Shown here: positions 59,369 through 64,000 of the stretch, in pieces
How the letters are laid out: each line of letters opens with the position of its first letter
Position numbering within the stretch: the first letter of the stretch is position 1
Made by a program: the position numbers and the translations under genes
The notes under the pieces: model-generated
What the model saw: only the letters and a program-made list of their open reading frames with translations
Told to the model about the DNA's origin: nothing
Database searches by the model: none
NCBI GenBank assembly: GCA_029548865.1
Contig: JAKPMO010000028.1
Coordinates: 1 to 64,000 of the forward strand
Reading direction: 5' to 3'
Length of the DNA stretch: 64,000 nt
DNA from: Caldisericota bacterium
Lineage (GTDB): Bacteria > Caldisericota > Caldisericia > JAAYUI01

Positions 59369-59448
59369 CAGACACCCCCAGGCATGATGAAAATCCCTGA
59401 CAGACAGAAAATGGCTGACAGGAATACTGTGACATAAAGCAGGTTCAT
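59368..59448 (-). CDS. 26-aa hydrophobic micro-protein (candidate holin/membrane peptide)
   Basis: GGGAGGG SD, MNLLYVTVFLSAIFCLSGIFIMPGGV*; stop overlaps the next ATG. Confidence 0.55.
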   Translation of the reverse strand: MNLLYVTVFLSAIFCLSGIFIMPGGV

Positions 59449-59457
59449 TTTCCCTCC

Positions 59458-60741
59458 CTATTTGACAAGCAGGCAACAACCATCAAAGCTTGCCGTTCCA
59501 CCATCATTTTGTGCCAGCTGGGCATAAAGCTTGACTTCAAAGGGGCCCTGCCCCTGAACAGAAACTGAGAGCCTGACCCATTTGTCTTTGAATGCTTCAG
59601 CAGCTTGCCCAGCCCTGCAGTCAAGGTATGTTGAAACTGCTGGCGCTCCAGATGGCACTATTTCTATCTTTGCCGTCTGGTCGGTGCGCACCCAGCAGGA
59701 AAATGTGATGTTTCCGGAATGCGTGCCTGGATGTGTCTGGTGACAATAGCTCCAGCCAGTGTTTGGGGTCGCTGTCAATCTCAGGGAAAAATCGCCCAGA
59801 ATCCCCTGGCCCTTCGCTGTCTGCAAGGCACCGAGGCCACCAGTTGCCCAACCGTCCGGCATGCTTCCGGTCCAGGAGTCAAAGATCGGGTTCTTGAGTC
59901 GGAGAATCCCAAGCCCGGTGTCGCCTGTTTCGCAAAATTCATGGGACATTGCAGGCATCATGGCCTGCGGCCCTGCCGGACTTGGAGGGTTAAATTCATA
60001 CAATGAAAGGTGCTGCTCGATGTAGCGGTACGTCGCCCTGACAACCGGCGCCATCTCCTCAACCTGCTTGCCTGTGGCATGTGAAAACGATAGTGCCCCA
60101 GAAAGCGTTATCGTGTTCGGCAAAACAACTGACTGGACAATGACCGCTTCATCCTGCGAGGTCGTCTCACCCTTAAGGATAGCCATGTCCCCAGGAGAAA
60201 ACCCGGCAACATCATCGACAATAATTGACATTGCACCGGCTTGTGCCTGTGAAACCAGATATGCACTTCCCCTGATCTTTTGCGGAAAGATGATGGAGCC
60301 ATTGCCAAAATCAACCGAGTACCCGGATTCACTGATGATGGCACCATTGACCGTCACAACGGGCACAGGCTCCCGGAGCCAGTCGCCATGCACCGACTTG
60401 AGGGTCGTCCAGTCCTCAGTCGAGAGCTGCTCTTCGTTTACCAGATAGGAATAGAAAGAGTCGCACGAGAGGAGCAGCTCTGAAGCCTGACCCTGTTCCA
60501 TGACCGACCCTGACGCATGAAAGGAGTTCGGGCCAAAATCAGAATATGATTTTGCAAAGACGCTCTCAAAAGTCACTTTTCTGCCATCCACCTCAATGGG
60601 CCCAACCTCCTGGTAGTCAAAATAGACCCTCTCCTGTGGCAGGTGGAGTTCCGATAAAATGCCATTCCCCCAGCCTGCACTCACCGGGTCCCTGTTTGCC
60701 CCACCCTTTACCGGCTGTATTTTTGGTCTTGAAGGCAACAT
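59458..60741 (-). CDS. Putative tail/baseplate protein with C-terminal carbohydrate-binding-like jelly roll
   Basis: YSVDFGNGSIIF and IIVDDVAGFSPGD phage-structural-like motifs; LKNPIFDSW...PDGW...TFSCWV...FD CBM-like pattern. Confidence 0.6.
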   Translation of the reverse strand: MLPSRPKIQPVKGGANRDPVSAGWGNGILSELHLPQERVYFDYQEVGPIEVDGRKVTFESVFAKSYSDFGPNSFHASGSVMEQGQASELLLSCDSFYSYLVNEEQLSTEDWTTLKSVHGDWLREPVPVVTVNGAIISESGYSVDFGNGSIIFPQKIRGSAYLVSQAQAGAMSIIVDDVAGFSPGDMAILKGETTSQDEAVIVQSVVLPNTITLSGALSFSHATGKQVEEMAPVVRATYRYIEQHLSLYEFNPPSPAGPQAMMPAMSHEFCETGDTGLGILRLKNPIFDSWTGSMPDGWATGGLGALQTAKGQGILGDFSLRLTATPNTGWSYCHQTHPGTHSGNITFSCWVRTDQTAKIEIVPSGAPAVSTYLDCRAGQAAEAFKDKWVRLSVSVQGQGPFEVKLYAQLAQNDGGTASFDGCCLLVK

Positions 60742-60751
60742 TTTTCCTCCC

Positions 60752-61243
60752 TCATGAAAACTCTATTTCCCAGACAACAGTCTTGCTCACCTGGTCGGTC
60801 TTTGGCTCATAAACGCCGCAGAGCGCAAACACTGTGCTATCAGTAAGGAGCAGTCCGGCCTTGCGCCATGTGAAATTGAACTCCGGCTGGCCAACAAAGT
60901 TGGTTACTACGAGCTTTTTTCCCAATGCGTCCACCTGCTCCACGCTCCTCAACGAAACACTCCCGCCAAGCGTTGTGTCTTTTGGTGTTGGCGGTGTTGC
61001 AGAAGTCGAGGCGGCAAACCACTCGATCCTGAAAACCGGTGAGAGCGTCCTGCCCGATTGCCTGACTGGAGAGCAAAGTGCCCTCGCGATGGCCCTTATT
61101 CCTGCGTCTGTTACAGTATTTTCCCTTATCTGGTCGCCAATTGTCACTCTCCCGTGGAGCCTCCCCTTCAGTGCAAAATATGCACCTGCCTCATCGGAGA
61201 CCTCTCCAATGGCCTGCTTAATGTTTTCCAGCCATTCTTTCAT
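60752..61243 (-). CDS. Putative tail-fibre/baseplate connector protein
   Basis: NTVTDAG...PTPKDTTL...NFTWRKAGL...KT pattern; ATGA-coupled to the hub-like gene. Confidence 0.6.
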   Translation of the reverse strand: MKEWLENIKQAIGEVSDEAGAYFALKGRLHGRVTIGDQIRENTVTDAGIRAIARALCSPVRQSGRTLSPVFRIEWFAASTSATPPTPKDTTLGGSVSLRSVEQVDALGKKLVVTNFVGQPEFNFTWRKAGLLLTDSTVFALCGVYEPKTDQVSKTVVWEIEFS

Positions 61244-62907
61244 TGTCCCTCCCATTCGCATGCCCCAAAAAGCGACTCACCAAAACCGTAGTCGTTTTTG
61301 GGCAGAAAACTCTTTATTGACGGCATAAAATCCATCACCCCAACCCCAGAAGAAAGCCCCGATGCCGCATTGATGATGTCCCCTTCAGATGCCTCCTGCT
61401 CAAGCTGGGCAAGCCTCTTGATGACATCGGCAAGCAGGCTGGCATAGAGATTGGGGTCGAGGCTGGACTCGCAAACCATCCTCCATTGCATCGGCGTGAT
61501 TTCGTGTGTGACCCTCGAAATCCTGGCCCCTTCACATGCCCCAAACCTCTCAAACTCAAAATCGGCAGCAACGCCGGCTCTTATAGGAACTGGATAGACC
61601 ATTTGCCCGCCCTTGTACCGATACACGGTGGCCTTGCCCTTCCTCGGCGGGTCTTTGTGGGATGAAAGAAGGTAGTCGGCATATTTGTAAAGTATCGCCC
61701 AGTCTTTTATTGCAGGCTTGGTGACTTTTGGCAGGTCTATCTGGACGCCATACTTTCTGACAGACTCCTCGTCTGCCTCGGAAACATAGCTTATTTTGAG
61801 CTTTCTTTTGTATTTGGCCATGAAGCCTAGGAGCCCCTTGGCTTCCTTGACGCTCCTGCCCAGGTATACCCATCCACCCAGGGCTTCTGCTGTCGCATCT
61901 GGACAATATAGGGCATCGAAATTGACTGTAATCTTGTGGTCCGAGGAGAATGTCCCGGGAAGATTGGTGTCGGCCTCATCATGCAAAATAAGGGACGACA
62001 GGGCCGGTTTTGTGTCCAGTGGCTCGTTGGTCTTTACAACAGAATTCTTCACGGAAAGACCGTCCGTATCACAATCAAGCAGAACAAGGCTGCCCCTTTC
62101 AAGCAAGCTGTCACCAGAATCAAAGACGGCATAGACTGAAAGACTGGAACATTTGTACCATATCGGAAAGGCAAACGGATAAAGCGTGCAGATGTTCGGG
62201 TCAGGCGTGTCTGGCAACTCGGAGGAAAGGATGTACTGCTTTGTAAAATTCTCCGCATCGCCCTCCCCACCCTCGACCCAGACCCTGTTTGCAAGTGTCG
62301 AATAATCAGGCTCGAAAGGTGTTGTCTGCCCTTTTGACATGTCGCAGTGCGGGTCCCTTATCGTGACCTGGAGGTGCTCCAGAAATGCCGGGCCGAAATA
62401 ATGAATCTTTTGCGGTGAAACGCGAAACACCCATCCTGTAAAATCGCAGAGTGTTTTGAGGCACTGCTCCACGCTCTGCCCGCCAAATTTCACCGAAACG
62501 GTGTCATCACAGTCCCTGACCAAGTCTACCGAGTGTCCGGGAAGGTGTTTGGCCACAAGAGACTTGTAGATGTCAGATGCCCTCCATTCCATGTAGTGCT
62601 CGTTGACCATACGATGTTTGCACTCGGCGGACCAGTCCCTTGCCTCAAAAACCAGCCTCGTGCCAAGGGGTGTCTCCTCTTTTTTCGGCACCCCGTCACA
62701 CCTCCCTCCAAAAACCACCTCCCCGCCCTCGCCAAAAACACTGACCTGGCAAAAAGGCAGGTACTGGGGGATTTGGTCTGCCTGAAGCAGGACAGTTTCA
62801 ATTGTGCAAGATGATGGTTCGCCGCAAGCCTCGGTTATTTTTATCGAGGCAACAAGGTCCGTTATGTCCTGATTGCCCGTTTCAACCCTTGATATGCCGC
62901 AGAACAT
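61240..62907 (-). CDS. Putative baseplate hub/Tal-like tail protein
   Basis: DITDLVASIKITE, VVFGG, EARDW, QSVEQCLKTLCDFTGWVFRV, LANRVWVEGG, ESVRKYG, ISRVTHEI; follows the tape-measure-like gene. Confidence 0.7.
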   Translation of the reverse strand: MFCGISRVETGNQDITDLVASIKITEACGEPSSCTIETVLLQADQIPQYLPFCQVSVFGEGGEVVFGGRCDGVPKKEETPLGTRLVFEARDWSAECKHRMVNEHYMEWRASDIYKSLVAKHLPGHSVDLVRDCDDTVSVKFGGQSVEQCLKTLCDFTGWVFRVSPQKIHYFGPAFLEHLQVTIRDPHCDMSKGQTTPFEPDYSTLANRVWVEGGEGDAENFTKQYILSSELPDTPDPNICTLYPFAFPIWYKCSSLSVYAVFDSGDSLLERGSLVLLDCDTDGLSVKNSVVKTNEPLDTKPALSSLILHDEADTNLPGTFSSDHKITVNFDALYCPDATAEALGGWVYLGRSVKEAKGLLGFMAKYKRKLKISYVSEADEESVRKYGVQIDLPKVTKPAIKDWAILYKYADYLLSSHKDPPRKGKATVYRYKGGQMVYPVPIRAGVAADFEFERFGACEGARISRVTHEITPMQWRMVCESSLDPNLYASLLADVIKRLAQLEQEASEGDIINAASGLSSGVGVMDFMPSIKSFLPKNDYGFGESLFGACEWEGQ

Positions 62908-62910
62908 CGC

Positions 62911-63999
62911 CTACCCCCTGAAATTGACAAGCTCCAGAAGGGCTTTCTGGGCTTCAATGACTGTTTGCTGGGCAATCTCCCTGGCAAGCGAGGATATGTC
63001 CCCTTCGTAGCCGCCAAGGTCAAGATTGAATGTCTGATTGATTTCAATCTTTCCGGCGCCAGTTTGCATGCCTGTCCCATAACCACTGTCTGATTGCCAC
63101 GGCTTCCCTTCGCCCAGGGTGTTTGTCAGGTCAATATTTCCCGTCTGGTAAAAGAGCTTTGGCAATACGACATCATCAAGATATTTTGCTGTCAGGGTCG
63201 AGGCCTCGGAACTATGGGTCGCAATCCATGCCGGATCAACCAGCTTCCAGTAGCCAGTACCTGCCCATCCACCATAAAGCGAAGGATTGGACTTACCCTT
63301 GCCAAGCTCCTCCTGCCTGGCCGACACAGCCTGCCTGAACAACTCGTTTGCGGCCGCCGAAACGGCTTCTTCAAATGACGATCCTGAGCTGACAAGGGAA
63401 TTGACAAGATTCACCTGCTCAAGGCTGGCCCCGCCCCAGAGCCCATCGCCTTCCCTTGGTGCCAACTGCGACCAGGTCTTTCCATCCCTTTTTATGCCAA
63501 GTGAGTCAAGCAGTTCTTTTAAATAGGCGTTCTTCCCAGAAACATCATACTGCCATGCGCTTGTTCCTTCGGCGTTTGAGAGCATGCCATACAGCCTCTG
63601 ACCTATCTCATAGGCCGACTTCAGTCTCAATGATCCTTCGGAGACAGGGTCAATAGTGGTGTTTGGCGATCCGTTCTGGTCAAACAGGATCTCCTTCAAA
63701 AACCCAAGATTGTAATCAAACCCGATCCCAAGCTCCTTTTGGGCCCTGTCTAGTGCTGAAGTGTTGATTTTTCCTTTGTATTTTTCAAGAAAATCTCGTA
63801 TGGGAAGGAGTTTGTCTGCCTGCTCCACCGGAACTTGCGTCAGCCCCAGTCCGATTGGTGAGCCCCAGTAAAGTTTTTCCAGATCGGCAAGCGTCATCTT
63901 TGGCGCCAGGGCCTTGAAAAGATCATTGCCAACTATGCTCGACGGAAGGCCGGAAACATCCGCAGAAGAACCCTCAAGCAGTTTGCCAAGGCCGGTATT
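62911..63999 (-). CDS. C-terminal part of a probable tape measure protein (runs off window)
   Basis: Frame stays open to the window end; C-terminus IEINQTFNL...SLAREIAQQ is TMP-like; sits upstream of the hub-like gene. Confidence 0.55.
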   Translation of the reverse strand, partial: NTGLGKLLEGSSADVSGLPSSIVGNDLFKALAPKMTLADLEKLYWGSPIGLGLTQVPVEQADKLLPIRDFLEKYKGKINTSALDRAQKELGIGFDYNLGFLKEILFDQNGSPNTTIDPVSEGSLRLKSAYEIGQRLYGMLSNAEGTSAWQYDVSGKNAYLKELLDSLGIKRDGKTWSQLAPREGDGLWGGASLEQVNLVNSLVSSGSSFEEAVSAAANELFRQAVSARQEELGKGKSNPSLYGGWAGTGYWKLVDPAWIATHSSEASTLTAKYLDDVVLPKLFYQTGNIDLTNTLGEGKPWQSDSGYGTGMQTGAGKIEINQTFNLDLGGYEGDISSLAREIAQQTVIEAQKALLELVNFRG

Positions 64000-64000
64000 T

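Larger units (their letters stand above)
57297..64000 (-). mobile_element. Prophage-derived or tailocin-like tail-lysis module (partial)
   Basis: Co-oriented, translationally coupled TMP, hub, fibre-like genes and amidase; no integrase or att site within the window. Confidence 0.65.

Noticed and set aside
1..64000. CRISPR array, rRNA, IS/transposase, integrase, reverse transcriptase
   Set aside because: I saw no regularly spaced repeats or diagnostic motifs by eye; short or degenerate elements could have been missed.
57297..64000. Contractile injection system or T6SS
   Set aside because: No sheath, tube, PAAR, baseplate-J or ATPase gene is recognisable in the window; not excluded upstream.

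Overview
This is a 64-kb bacterial chromosomal segment. Many secreted proteins carry copper-amine-oxidase-N/'stalk' domains, which hints at a Caldisericota/Coprothermobacter-like or thermophilic Firmicutes-like anaerobe; that lineage call is inference only. Core content: tsaE-yqeG, a Ser/Thr kinase-NTPase-TPR protein, an ABC-2 exporter, tRNA-Val(CAC)-hppA-pfkA-like, beta-propeller surface proteins, the rpsP-khpA-ylqD-trmD-SPOUT-rplS-lepB-lepB-rnhB-NERD-yraN cluster (no rimM), and a complete V/A-type ATPase operon with a Na+-type K subunit. Two accessory regions stand out. (1) A partly AT-rich defence island at about 39.5-48.6 kb holds a type III R-M system. Its res and mod genes are separated by an HTH-IrrE/ImmA peptidase + DUF4411 PIN cassette bracketed by a perfect 60-bp direct repeat (1899 bp apart). 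The mod target-recognition region looks swapped, and a PLD-nuclease gene follows. (2) A phage-tail-like module runs from 57.3 kb past the window end: tape-measure C-terminus, hub-like gene, baseplate/fibre-like genes, an unannotated 26-aa hydrophobic micro-ORF, and an amidase fused to the host-type stalk domain. Other points of note: a PfkA homologue with degenerate active-site motifs, a CxCH variant of a heme-binding-like motif, and repeated candidate leaderless starts behind 16-bp-spacer promoters. All family calls come from recognising motifs by eye; no database searches were run.
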